From Rhizaria sp. SCN 62-66 (lineage: Eukaryota), in assembly GCA_001724265.1 (NCBI GenBank), contig MEDY01000150.1, forward strand, positions 1 through 64,000: a DNA stretch of 64,000 nucleotides. The letters run 5' to 3'. Below are positions 1 to 13,043 of this stretch, one piece after another (positions within the stretch are counted from its first letter, which is position 1; each line of letters starts with the position of its first letter). The notes beneath the pieces were generated by a model. The model saw only the letters and a program-made list of their open reading frames with translations. It was not told where the DNA came from and searched no databases. The position numbers and the translations under genes are program-made.

Positions 1-243
1 CTTTGACGATTATTTCACAGAGATTTCTATTGTGGAAGTTACCTGCCGAAAACTGCGTTTTTGGCGTTTTTTAGTTGACGCTACATAGGGGTTACATAGA
101 AAATGAGATTTATTAATAAAGTACTGTTGCGACTGCGTGCTTCTCACGCATGCCATGGACAAAGTGTAACTAATGTAACCAGAATCAGTGCCACAGATTG
201 AAATTAGCAACAACGTACTTACTCGTCACGTAGCCTGGTGTAC

Positions 244-3200
244 TCACTGCTGCTGTTGGTGATACGCACCATACGGATGCTGTTGTTGCTGGAATTGTTG
301 TTGCTGCTGTGTTGCAGCGTGTTGTGCGATGAAGTACGGCGGGCTAGAGACGCCGGCGGGCACGGCCACATACGCGATCGGCAGCATCAGTCCGTGTTCC
401 GCGCCGCCAGACACGGGGCCAGGGCCAGCAGCGAAGCCAGCGGGGCCACCGGGCGCGTAGCCATAACCGTGGCCGTAAGCAGCGGGGTGACCGTGAGCCA
501 CAGAGTGACCGTGAGCAGCAGCAACAGCGTGACCGAAGCCGGGCCCGTAGGCGTACTGTGGCGGCTGCACATTGCCGTGTGCCTGACCGTGACCGTGACC
601 GTGACTGTGAGCGTGTGGGTGCAGCTGCGCAGAATGCGGGTGTGAATAGACGTGACTCTGGGAAGGCACGCTTAAAACTGGACCGTGGGCATAGCCGTAA
701 GCAGACATCTGCTGCTGTTGTTGAGGAGGATACTGCTGGCAGCCGTTGTTGTTTGCGTAATATCCCCCGTGCAGACCCGGGTGACCGTGAGCAGGCGCAC
801 CGGAGTGACCGTGGGCACCGGTATGAGGCCCATTGCCGTGATACACAGCGCCATGATGAGGCTCGACATGCTGAGAAGGCTGCTGCTGTTGAGGCAGAGG
901 CAACGGGTGCGGGGCTGCGAGCGTCGAGGTCATCTGCTGTTGCTGCTGTTGCTGCTGCTGTTTGTTGCCCTTGCCAGCGGCGGTACGGCCACCACGAACG
1001 GTCGGCGCGTTGGATACAGTCGCCGTCCCTGCAGCGACGGTTTCAGTAGCGCTCGGAGTCGTCGCGCCAGCAGCGCCCGCAGCCGCAGAGGCTGCAGCCT
1101 CAGCTGCCTTGCGTTTGCGCTCTGCCTTGGTCGTAGCCTTGCTTTGCTGTTGCTGCTGTTGCTGCTGCTGAGATTGCTGCGACTGAGCCTTGGTCGCAGC
1201 GTCGGCATCAGCGCTGTTCGCTGCGTTGCTACCACTCGCCACGTTGTCAGCGGAAGTCTGAGCCGCATTTGCGCTCGCCGCAGCAGACTCCACAGCAGCA
1301 GCAGGAGCAGCAGCAGTGCCGGCCCCAACAGCAGTCGCGCTCACGCTGCTGCTGCTTCTGCTCGGGTGATTGCTGCCGTTCGCAGCGTTGCTGGTGTAGT
1401 TGCCGTCAATGAGCAGCACGAGCGGGTTGAACAGGTGATCGTCACCGATGGTGAACACGGTCGGGTGGCGCAGCAGCAGCCGCTTCAGGCCGCCGTACTC
1501 CTCTTTGATCATCGCCGGCAGCAGGTGGTTGTTCGCCAAATCGTGCAGCATCGAACCCATTTTGCCCACGGGCAGCGGTCCGTTTGTGCGCAGCAGCGTG
1601 ACCATCATGGCGACGAGGTCGCTTTCGCGCACCGCGGGGGCCGCGAAGCCGCGCGCGTGCTGGAGCTGCCGCTGCACGGTCGCCAGCGAGAGCGAGAGGC
1701 AGTCCGCGGGGTCGACGTCGCTTACGACCTCACCGACGCCGGCGTCCTCGGCCGCGGTGGCGGCAGTCGCGCTGGGACTAACGAGACCGGCGACGGAACC
1801 GGCGGCGGCGACGGCGGGGCTGGCAGTGGCGGCGCTCTCGGCGGCGTGGTTCGCGGCGCTAGAGCTCGCACTCGGGTCGGAGTTCGGGTTCGCGGTGCTT
1901 GCGTCGGCGTGCGTGCCGGCGTTGGTTGCATCGGCGCGAGTGGTCGACTTAGCGCTATGCGTGTTTCCGCTGGCAGAGCGGCTCAACGAAGCGCCACCAG
2001 GGACCTCGGACCTGTCAGCGTCACCGTCGCATTCATCGTTGTCATTCTGATCAGCATCAGCCTCTGCCTCAGCATCTGCCTCAGCCTCGACTCCATCGAC
2101 GTCAGCTTCAGGATCAGCCTCGGCAGCCGCATCGCCCTCGCCAGCGCCGTCGGCCTCAGCTTCAGGCGCAGCCTCCGCCGCACGAGCAGCGGCGGCTTCA
2201 GCCTCAACAGCGGCGGCCGCAGCAGCTTCCGCGGCGGCGGCAACCGCAGCGGCTTCCTCACTGTCCGCGCGCACGGCCAGGGTCTGACACACTACCGACG
2301 GAGCGCGCAGCATCGCGGCCACAGCGCGGCCGACGGGTCCTTGCATGCCGAAGCCTGCGCCGCTGGTATTCGCGCTCGAACCCGCGCTGCCAGCAGCGGC
2401 GCCAGCAGAGCCCGACTTCGCCACAGCAGCTGCGGCTGCAGACGCTGATGAGCTCGCAATGGCCACCGCAGGAAGCGCGGGCGCGACGGCGGCGACGCGC
2501 GCGGCGGCGGCGGCGCCCGCGGCCGAGGGCGCGGTCGCAGACGCTCCGTCACTGGCAGCCTTTGCGGCCTGCTGCTGCTTGCGCTGCTGCATGGTGCGCT
2601 TCTGCTGCCCGGACTTGCCAGTCGTCGCGGCGGTTGCGGCGGTGGACGCAGCCAGAGCCGCGGCGGCGCTCGCGGTCGCGGCTGCGGCGGACGCGGACGC
2701 GGGCGGCGGCGGGACAGCCTGAAAGCGGTAGTGGAAGCCTGACGAGTACTTGTCGAGCGTGACCGGGAACAGCGAGCGCACTGCGGCGACGGCGGCGCGA
2801 TCCACCGCGGTGCGCTGGGCGAGAGGCAGCGCGCCCACGAGCTCGGCGCCGTACGACATGTGGAACACATAGCGGCGCCGCGCCGTTGCGCCCCCGTTAC
2901 TGGCCGTCGCAGGCGCAGCGGCGGCGGCGGCAGCGAGCGAGGCAAGCGCGGCGGCCGCAGGGGTCGGAGCACCGGCGCCAGAGGCGGCCGCGGGAGGAGC
3001 AGCGGGCGCGGCCACAGCAGCCGCGGTCACAAGAGCAGGATTCGCAGTATTACCCTCCGCCGCGCTGTCGCTGCCACGGCTCTCACCGTGGGCGCGGCCG
3101 CTGGCGCTAGCGCTGGCGCTGGCGCTGGCTGCGGAGCGCGCGCGGCGCGGCGGCGGGACGACGTTGGCGCGCAAGATGCGCCCCAACGCGAGCAGCGCGC

Positions 3201-6200
3201 GGTCCTGAGGCGCGAGCTCCTGCGCCGCCAACTCGTCACTGAGGGACTCAGACTGCTGCTTCCCTCCGTCGGCCACAGTCAACGCACCGGCGCAGTCTGC
3301 AGCAGTGAGCGGGTGTCCGGCGGCGGGGTCGGGCAGCCCGGCCTCGGCGGCGGCGGCGCGCGCGGCGGCGGCGAGGCGCGCGTACAGGCACCTGCGCGCG
3401 GCGGCCGCGGCGCCGTCGATCGCGGACACGACCTCCTTATGAGCAGCGAGCGCGAAGTTGAGCAGAGCGGCGTCGAAGCGAGCCAGCTCAGAGGTGAAGA
3501 CGGCGCGGGCGCGGGTGGCCTGGCGCAAGGCGACGGAGCGGCCGAGGTTGTTGCTCGTGTTAAGAGGGTCGACGATGTTCATCGCCGCCTGTACAAAGTG
3601 GCTCTGGCTGCCGCTGTTGCCGCTGCCGCCTGCAGATGCTGCAGCTGAGTTGTTGCCCTGAGACGCGCCGGCGGCACCGAGCGCGGGGGACCCGCCCCGG
3701 TCGCCGCCGGCGCCAACAGTCGCGGTGGCGGCGGCGGCCGAGGTGGCCGAGGGGAATGTATACGCGGCGATGAGCGCCTCGTCGATGATCGGCGGGTTCG
3801 GGTGCGGCCACTGCGCGGGCAGCGCGGCGTAGCCCGCGGGCAGCGAGCCCAGCGGCGCGGGTCCGTAGATCGTGAGCGCGGCCGTCGCCCAGGGGAACTC
3901 GGCGCCCATAGCCAGCACGCGGCGCAGCGCCTGCAGAGGGGTGGCGATCTCGGCGTAGCCGGCGTTGAAAACGTACAGCAGCATCACGCGCGTGGCGTAG
4001 GCCGAGAGCAGCGAGTGCGCGGAGCCGATGATGCCGGCCTCGTTCTGGCCCCAGGTCTTGAGCAGCAGCACCGAGCGCTTGAACAAGTGGTTGCGGCCCA
4101 CGACGCGGTCGATGTCTTCAAACAGTCCCAACGCCGCGATGGCACCGATCTGGTTGCCGGAGATGTCGACGGAGACGGAGCCGACCTGGGTCTTAATAAC
4201 CTTGACGTTGCCGTTGATGAAGCCGACGGAGCGCACGGTCAGCTTCGGATCCGACGGCGTCGCCGCCTCCGCGCAGAGAGCGGCCAGCAGCTTTGAAGCC
4301 CACTGGACGTCGGCGCCGGTGCGCGGGAAAAAGCACGATAGATCGATGTCGCCGTCGGGTAGGAACGTGCGCAGCGCGTACGAGCCGTGCGGGTAGCAGT
4401 AGGCGCCGACAAGCTTGCGCGCGAGGCTGCGGATAAAGGCGAACACTTCGTCGTAGCGCTTGACAGAGGCCGGCGTCGGTGCGATGAAGGCGACGAGGTC
4501 GTCGCACTGGCGCGCGAGAGGCGAGGACGACATGAGCGCGTCCAAGTCGACGTCGGCGAGCAGCGGCGGGGGCGGTGGCAGCCGCTGCGCCGCAAGCGCT
4601 GCCGCGGCTGCAGCCGAGCTTATACGACTCTGAGAGACGCCGCCAACGCGAGGCGCAGCTTCAGCAATGTCGCGAGTGGCAGTGCTATGGCTGTTGTTCT
4701 GCGCCGTGGCAATGACTTCGGCAAGCGCACGCGCGATCTCAAGCTCACCTTCGTCGTCCTCGCCAGCTGCGGCGTCGGCAGCGGCGGCGGCGTCGTCCTC
4801 GGCCTCAGCTTCTGCATCGTCGACAGCGAGCTCCGCATCCGCAGCGGCAGCCTCGGCGTCAATAGCCTCCGCGTCGGCCTCCGCGTCTGCCTCGGCGGCG
4901 GCGGTGGCGATTGCGCACTCGACCGCCGCCGTATCGCGGACAGCAGCAGTTGTCGCCACGGTCGCCGTCGCCGCTGCATCGGCGGCCTTGTTGGCAGCGG
5001 AAGCAGTGCGGTCCGCGCGCGAGCCGCCGCCGGGCCGCAGCGAAGCCATCAGGCTCACCGGCGAGCCCGCGCGCGCGCCCGGGCCCGCACCCGCGCAGCC
5101 GGTGCCTGAGCCCGCGCTGGAGCTGGCCGCCGCGGCAGCGCTGGTGGCGGCTGCTGCGAGCGCGGCCGCGGCGGCCGTCGCGGCAGCGAGCGCTGCTGCT
5201 GCTGCGGCGGCGGTGCGGCGCTTAGAGTCGACCGTGTCTGGCCCCGCGGCCTCCGCGTCGGCGGCGGCGTCGGCGGCGCTGCGGCGGAGGGCTGCGATGC
5301 GCGGCAGCAGGCGCGCGCGCAGGGCGTCAGTCCGGGCGGCGACGCGCGCGGCGGCGCGGTCGGCGCGGCGCAGCTGGCGGGCGAGCGCGCGCAGCTCGGC
5401 AACGCACGCGGCGCGCGAGCGGCCCGTGGCGGCGGCGTACTCGGGCCAGCCCAGCCCCTCGGGGACGACGTCGCTGCGGCGGCGTTGGCGCAGGCGCGCC
5501 GCGGCGAGCCCGGGCAGCAGCGCGCCGAGCGGAACGGGGCAGCCGGCGGACACGGCGCCCGCGCGGGAGCCCGCGGCGAGGGGCACGCGCGCGCCCGCCA
5601 GCTGGAACCCGCCGGTGAGCGCGATCGCGGTCGCGGTCGCGGACGCCGCGGCGGCGGCGGCCGCTGCGGAGCCGGGCGTGGCCGTTGCAGCCGCCGCGGC
5701 GTCGTCGGCGGCCAGGCCGGCGGCAGTCGCAGCAGCAGCAGCAGCAGCCGTCCCACCAGCGCCCGCGCCCGCGCCGCCGCCGCTGCGGCCAGTGCGCGCG
5801 TGCCGTGCCGTCATGCCGGCGGTGACCGTGATGAGCGCCTCGCCCGACGCCGCTGCGGCCGCGGCGCTGGCGGACGACGACGCCGCGCGCGCTGAAAAGG
5901 CGAGCGCGGCCGCGGCCGCCGCAGCGGTGGCGAGGCGGTCTTGCGCGACCGAGAGCTTGGCGGCGACGAGGCGCGCGCGCAGAGAGCGGTGATGCTCCAC
6001 GCGGACCAGCGTGGTGAGCGGCACGCGCGTCTCGAGCACCGAGGGGATCCGGTGCAGCGCGGCAACCTCGTCCCACGACGCGATGCGCTGCGGCGCTGCG
6101 GCGGCGGCGGCGGCGGCGACAGATGCGGCGGACTGCGCTGCCGCAGCTGTGGCGGCGGCGGCGACGGACGCGGCGGCGGGGACGGCGGCGTTGCCGAGGG

Positions 6201-7895
6201 ACAGCTGCGGCGGGGCGAGTGCAAGGTTGTGCGCCTGCTGCTGCCGGCTGCCGCGGCGACTACCGGGCCGCATGTTGCCGGCGCCGGCCGCAGCCGAGGC
6301 TGCCTGCGCGGCGGTGGCAGCAGAGGCAGCGGCAGCGGCGGCGGCGGCGTCGGATGCAGAGGCAGACGCGGTCGGTCCTTCGGCGTCCATCGCGGGCGCG
6401 GGCGCGGGCGACGCGGCGAAGATCGACGGCAGCGCGCCGCCGAGCCCGCGCATCGCAGACTGGGAGGGCGTATCGGGCGCAGAGAGTCGCGGAGACTGCG
6501 AGGGGGTCAGAGCGCGGCGCTGGCCGCTGCTGCCAGTGGCGCCGAGGACTGTTGTCGACGTGGCCGAGTTGTTGCTGTTGTTATTGTTTAGCGGCATCAT
6601 ACTGTTCAGGTCGCCAGCGTCGCTTCCGAGAGAGCTCGTCGTGGACATGTTCGACGACATCGTGTGTGCCAGCGCCAACCCGGCCGTCGCGGCGTGACCG
6701 TGTCCATGACCGTGCCCGTGGCCGTGGCCGTGGCCGGAGGGGTAGAAAGCGGGCGAGTCAGTGCGCGGCGTGCCAGCGCGCGAGCCCAAGTTATTATTAG
6801 CGTTACCGCTGCCGCTGTTACAGCCGCTGCCGCGGGAGCCGCGCGGCGCAGTGCGCCCCTGGTGTCCATAGCCACCGCCGCTGCCGCTGCCGCTGTGGCC
6901 GTAGCCGTAGCCTTGGCCGTGGCTTTGGCCTTGGCCTTGCGCCTGTCCGTGGCAGCTCCCAGCTCCTGGCGTCGCCACGCCGGCCATGTACGCGGGCGCC
7001 GGCGCGGGCGCGAAGACCCTGGCTGCGGCCGCCGCGATGACCGGTCCGGCCTCCGCGGCCACGGCAGCCGGGTCCGGCGCGTCGAGCGGGATCGCACCCG
7101 TTTCGTGGTACACCTGACCGGAGGGGAACGTGTAGCTGACGGTCACAACAAGCGACTGTGCGCCGAGCGGCACGGCGGCGGGCGGGCCTGCTTGCAGACC
7201 GCGCTGTTGATGCAGCAACTGCTGCTGCTGCTGCGGCTCAGTCCCGCCGGTGATGGCCGGGCTGCCGCGCTTGTTGGCGGTGGCGCCGTGAGCAGCGGCC
7301 GCGGCGGCCAGAGCGGGCGACGCAATGAGGTGCGCGGGCGAGTGCGAGCGGCCCAGCGTGTCAACAAAGAACGGCAACAGCGGAGTGATTGGCCGGCCGT
7401 CAACCGCGGCGACGGCGGCGACGCCAGAGGCCGCGGATGCGGCGCGCGAGCCGTGTCCGCTGGCCGTTGGCGCAGGAGCGGTGGCCGACAGCGGCAGCGC
7501 GAGCGGGGAGTCTGCTGCGCCGACGCCCGTGATCCCGGTGTTGCCGTTGCCGGTCGCCGGGGACTGCAGCAGCAGCAGGCGGCGGCGGGCGACTTTGCCC
7601 GCGTTGCTGCCGGCGGCGACAGTGCGCACAGGTTTGCCGGGAGACGCCGGGAGCGAGCCAGTGCCAGAAACAGATCTAGGGTAACCTGCGCCTGCGCCGC
7701 CAAGAGCGCCAGTAGCGTCCGCGGGCGCGAGCGCGGGGGACGCGTGCCCGCTGTGGTACCCCGCGGCGTTGTAGACGCCCGAGAGCGCGTGTGCGGGCCC
7801 CGCGGCCGCGGGAACGGCGAGCGGGTGCGGTGCGGGCAGCGCGCCGCCGCTGACGCTGGTGACCAGGGCCGCGTTGCGCATGGCGGCATTGGTCA

Positions 7896-7928
<33 letters not shown>

Positions 7929-10900
7929 GGGTGTTGCCGCTGCTTTGATGATGCGCGCTTGCGAGCAGCGCAGCGTCGTGGTCGCGGTCGGCGCCGGTCA
8001 CCGACAGACTGCGCGGCAGCCGAGTCGCGGCGGCGGCGGCAGCCGTCATCACAGAACCATCCGCAGCTGTCACCGCGGCGGAGTGACCAACGCTGAGCCC
8101 GGACCGCGACGACTGCAGCGGCTCGGCGGAGAGCTGCTCGTACGACGTGGTACGGACACGGGCATCATTCCCAGTCCCAGTCCCCGTTGCAGTCGTTGCC
8201 GTGCCGACCGAGGAGCCGGCCTGGGTCGCACTGCGGCGGACGCCGCCGGCGCTGCCCACTTGCGACTGCGCATGCAGAGACTGCGCATGTGACAGCGACT
8301 CTGAGTGCGATTTGGGCATATTCGTGTCCATGTCGGCAAGTTCGGCCGTCGTGTGTGTCGCTGCAGCACTGCTGCTCGCATCTCCAGTCGACGTCGCAGC
8401 AGCAGTGCTCGTGTAGGTCGGGCCGCGCGGCAGCAGCAAGAGCACCGGCACGCCGTCCGCAGTGCCCGCGACCTGCGCCGCCACAGCGTCCACGCCCCCG
8501 AGACTCACACCGCCAACGCCGAAGCCGCTGTTTGCAGTGCCAGCAGCGCTCGCGTCGCCGGTCAGCGCGGAGTACGGCGCCAGCGGCGCGTGCTCCGCGT
8601 ACAAAGGCAATGAGTGCGCACCGCCGCCACTGCTATTGGCACCGACGTACACAGTGGGGTACACAGAGACGGCCTGCGTCGCACGCGCACCGGCACCGCC
8701 GTTAGCGGCAGCAGCGGCGGCGGCAGCAGCGGCGGCGATGTCGGCGGCTGCGGCGGGCGCGAGACCGGTGACTGTGAATGCAGAGTCGGCGACAGAGCCC
8801 GCAGCGGACATGGCGCCGAAGCCTCCGCCCAGACCGAGCCCGAGGCCACCGAGGTCGAGGCTGAGGCCGAACGGGAGCCGGATGATGCCGTCCGCGCCTA
8901 CAGTCACTTCGTTGCCCTGACCGATGTTGTATCCGAGACCGTGAGCGTGAAAGTGACTCGCGGTGGATTGGGCGAGCACGTCGCCCGCGGCGGTCTCACT
9001 GGCGGCCACGGCGCCCGACTGGCCGGCTCGCATCTGCAGCGGGTGCGGCAGCGGCAGCGACTGCGGCTCGCTGTTGTTGTGCACGTTGACACTGCTGCTG
9101 TTAAGACTGCTGCTGTGGCTGCTGAGGGAGAAGCCAGCGGGCGCGTACACGGGCACGAGGAGGCGTCCCGCCGCGTCACGTGCGACCGCACCGCGCAGCG
9201 CGGCCGGGGCCGAACCGCCGCCGCCGCCGCCTCCAGCGACAGCTGCGGCCGCGGCTGAGAGGGACAGAGAGCCGGGGCCGTAGCTCGACCACGGACCGCC
9301 GCCAGCGGAGAGCGACGCAGACGTTCCCAACACCGGGTCGGCTGCGTAGTGCGCAGGAAACGCGGTTGCTGCCGCTGGGACGGCGGTGTTCTTCGCCGCA
9401 ACAGCGGGGCCTGTCGCGGACAGAGCGAGGGGCAGGGACAGAGGCGGCAGGGCAACGGCGTCGAGCGGCGCGGTGACCGCGGCGAGGAACGGCACCGCGC
9501 TTCGGGCGCACCACGCGCAGTCGCCGAACGCGGGACAGCGCAGAATGAACGCCGCGGAGCGCAGCGCACGGCCGCCGGCTGCGGCGGGCAACGCTACCGC
9601 AGCGGCGGACTGACTGTGTGCGGCGGCGGTGTCGGCACCGAGGTCTTTGCATGTGAGCCCGTTCGCGCTCGCGGCGCTGGCGCTGCTGGTCAGGGGTACC
9701 GGCGAGTCGACGGGGTCGGCGGGCAGGTACGGCGACAGGCGCGGCTTCGGCGCCAACGTATCGGCGGAGCCCGCGACAGCGATCGTGCGGCGCGCGCGGG
9801 CCAACTGCTCCGCGGCGGCCTCGGCGGCGGCAACAGCGGCGGCAGCGAGCGCGTCCGCGGGGATCGCGGAGCCCAAGCCGGCGACAGCAGCGTTGTCGTC
9901 GCAGTCGTCGCCGCCGCACTGGTTATCCGCTGCAGTCGTCTCGACAACAACAGCGTTAGGGCTCGGTTTAGCGCTGTTTGTGCTGTTGGTGGACCGCGGC
10001 ATAAAGTGCATCGCGGGCGGCGTGAAGCCCCCGCACGTGCACAGGTTCGCGCCCGCGTTCGCACCGTGCAACGCCGCAGTTGGCAGGAGAGCGAGCGTGG
10101 CCACCAACCGCAGCGCGCGCGCGCGGCTGGGGGCAGAGCCCGCGGCGCCGGGCGCCGAGAGCTCCTGTTGTGCGAGGCCGAGCAGCGCCGGCGCCGCGGC
10201 GCCCGCGGCCGAGATGACTGCGGCCGAGGCTGCGCGCGCGCGCCCGCTCGCCGCGTCGGCTGCCACAACATTCGCAGCCGCGGAAGCGGCGACGGCGGTG
10301 TAGGCGGCAGTGGCGCACTCAAGCGCGGGCGGAACGGGCAGAAAAAACCCGCGAGTCACGCTTTGCGCGGGCCGGCGCAGGGGCTGCGACAGAGTCTGGG
10401 CCTGGGCCTGGGCCTGGGCCTCTGACTGCGGCTGTGACTTGGACAGCGACGGGGACTTGGGAAGCGACGTCGGCTTCGGTGGCTGCGTCTGCTTCAGCTG
10501 CTGTGCTTGAAGGGGCTGCGTTTGTGTGGGCACAGAGCCGAGCGAATGCAACAGCGCGAGGGCGCCCTTGTCGCTTACGATGCTACTGTTCGCATTGTTA
10601 TTGTTTGTGCCTGTCGCTGGAGGCTGTGAAACCATCAGCGTATCCTCGATGTGTGTCGCCAATGCACCCAGCACTTCAGCCGCACTCGCAGTCGATAAGC
10701 CCGATTTGCCGGAGCCGGCCGCGGCGAGCGCTGCCGAGGCGTGCCGCGTAGCCCGCAGAGCGAGGACGAGGGCCGCCTGCAGCCGAGCGGCGTATGCGGC
10801 GACGGCGCCGGCGAGCGCGACATTGGCACTTGCAGCGGCGGCGGCGGCGGCGGCAGCGTAGCCGGCGTCGATGGCGGCCTGGGATTGCAGCGGGTTCGGC

Positions 10901-12294
10901 ATCGGCGCCGCGTGTGTCGCTGCAGCCCCCTGTGAGTAACCGCCGGAGCCGGAAGATGGCAAACCTGTGCTTGGATTGGAGCCAAAGCCAGAGCCAGAGC
11001 CGGCGGATGGTGCAACAGCTGAACCGGATGTCACCGTGAGGTTACCTCCAGCAGCAGCGCCAGACACAGAGGCCGAGCCAGAGCCTGCGCCAGAGCCAGA
11101 GGCTGAAGCCGAGGCGGAGGCTGAGGCTGAGGAGGCGGTGGACGCGGATGAGCTGACAGATGGCGCATGCGGAATGATTGACGACACCCACCGCGGCGGC
11201 ACCGCGATGGGCCCGTGCGCGGACGCGGAGCGGCCTCCCTGGGGCGCGGCGCCGGCGCTTGCGACACTGTGGGCGGCAGACGCCGGCTGCTGCTGAGGCT
11301 GCGGCGGAGGCTGCGACTGGGACTGCGTGAGCGGTCGCGCGTGAGAGTGCTGGGAGGGAGCGAGGCTGTCGGCGCTGCTGCTGTGGGGAAGGTCGCTGCT
11401 GCTGTTGTAGCCGAGCGGTGTCGCGCTTGTCACATGAGGATGTTGCTGCTGCTGATGCTGTTGCTGCTGCATTTGCTGCTGCGAAATGGAATTTGGCACT
11501 TGTTTGTTATTGCTGGATCTCATGGCACCCACAACGCCCGACGCCATGCCAGCACCAGCCGCAAAAGCAGACGCAGACGCGGGCGCATTATTACCGCCAA
11601 AGGTCGACGCCACGTGAGCGGCGTTGGCGGCAGCGTCGGTGACCGCTGCCGCAGCTGCAGCAGCCGCAACAGCGGGCGGAGCGGGCCGCACGAACCTCCT
11701 GAAGAACACTGATTTCGTGACAGCGGGGTCAGTAGCAAGTGCGCATAGGTACTTATCAAGCTCGGCCATGCGGCGGCGCACGAACTCGGGTTCTAGCGAG
11801 GATCCGAAGAGTTTTTTGCCCGGGAACGACGGGAGCTTGTGACCGGGTAGGTGCTCACCGAGGCGGCGGTGCAGCAGTACGAAATCGTTGTAGCGGCGGC
11901 CGACGCTCCAAAGCAGCATCGCGCCGCCGCCGGGGGCCGCTGCGGCGCCGCCGGAACCCGGGCCGGAAGCGATGGGCTGAGCTGTGAGCGCGAGCGAGAG
12001 GTTGAAGAGAGAGTACAGTGTATCGGTCTCATCATCGTCGACGGTGTCGTAGGACGTGATGCGCACGCGCAGCGGGAGCGGGGCCGTCAGCGGCATGCGG
12101 TCCAGCGCGGCGATGGCCTGGCGCGCGGACTCGGCGGCCGCGGCGGCAGCGGCGGCGGCAGCGGCGGCGACGGAGACTGAGGAAGAAGAGGTGGGTTGTT
12201 GCGAGGTGTTAATCGTGTTGGGCGGAGGCGCGGGGCCGGTGGTCGCAGGCCGCGTCACACTCGAGGAGGAGTGCGAAGTGGGGAAGTGCGACAT
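244..12294 (-). CDS. Giant (~4000 aa) low-complexity protein: N-terminal PX domain, central non-canonical poly(A) polymerase/nucleotidyltransferase domain, C-terminal LOTUS/OST-HTH-like domain
   Basis: One uninterrupted ORF, probable ATG at 12294 (MSHFP), TGA at 244-246. PX motifs WSVGRRYNDFVLLH..LPSFPGKK..RRMAELDKYL (~12075-11685). NTase motifs HGSYALRTFLPDGDIDL, DISGNQ, GRNHLFKRSVLLLKTW, NIVDPLNTSNNLGRSV (~4520-3520). PLPVGKMG..IKEEYGGLKRLL..HPTVF (~1620-1410) resembles LOTUS. Small in-frame introns cannot be excluded. Confidence 0.8.
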
Positions 12295-13043
12295 CGCACC
12301 GGGTGGGATGTGGACGGTGGGGCCAGCGAGGGTGAAGTGAGCGCTACGGCAAGGACAAGTCAACAAAGTTGCGAGACGGTTTTGTCAAGCTCGAGCGCTT
12401 TTTGATGAAAGGAAGGCTCTGTAGAGGTGAAAGAGAAATTACAGGAGAAATACACGCGCATTGTAAGTATATATATCACGTTTCAATCAAATTCCACAAC
12501 GATTAATCGGAACAATTTTAGTCAGGACCTCTACCAGCTGACAAACGAACTAGGTGTGCGCGAGCCGAAAAGCACTTGCGAGAGCGAAAGATATGATAGT
12601 TGGTTCTCATGTCTGAAACGCCACATAGAAGATATCATAAAGAAATAAAAGGTGTTTGCACTCCCTATAGTCGTGCAAATGACATATATAACTACTGTCG
12701 ATAAGGGTCGTTCAGAAACTCATTGTGGAGATTGGGCTACGTCGCATCTGGCATCGTGCTGCGCCAATTCAGGTGGCCGCCCAAGCAGTCTTCCAACCTG
12801 AACATCTTCATGTGTGTATCGTCGATAGTTACTATTCACCGAAATCCTACAATCAAACACTTTTGACGATATTATATTTCAATTTTACACTCACATCCAC
12901 ACATTTTCCCCTCTATCGCAGCTCTTTTATCTCCGTAGTGCTTCTGGCCACAACGGCTTTCTCCCCTCCACGTTAGTCGCAACACACCACACTGAGCACA
13001 TAAGCGTGGCTCCCGAGCCTACGACTTCCACTCTACCTTCAGC

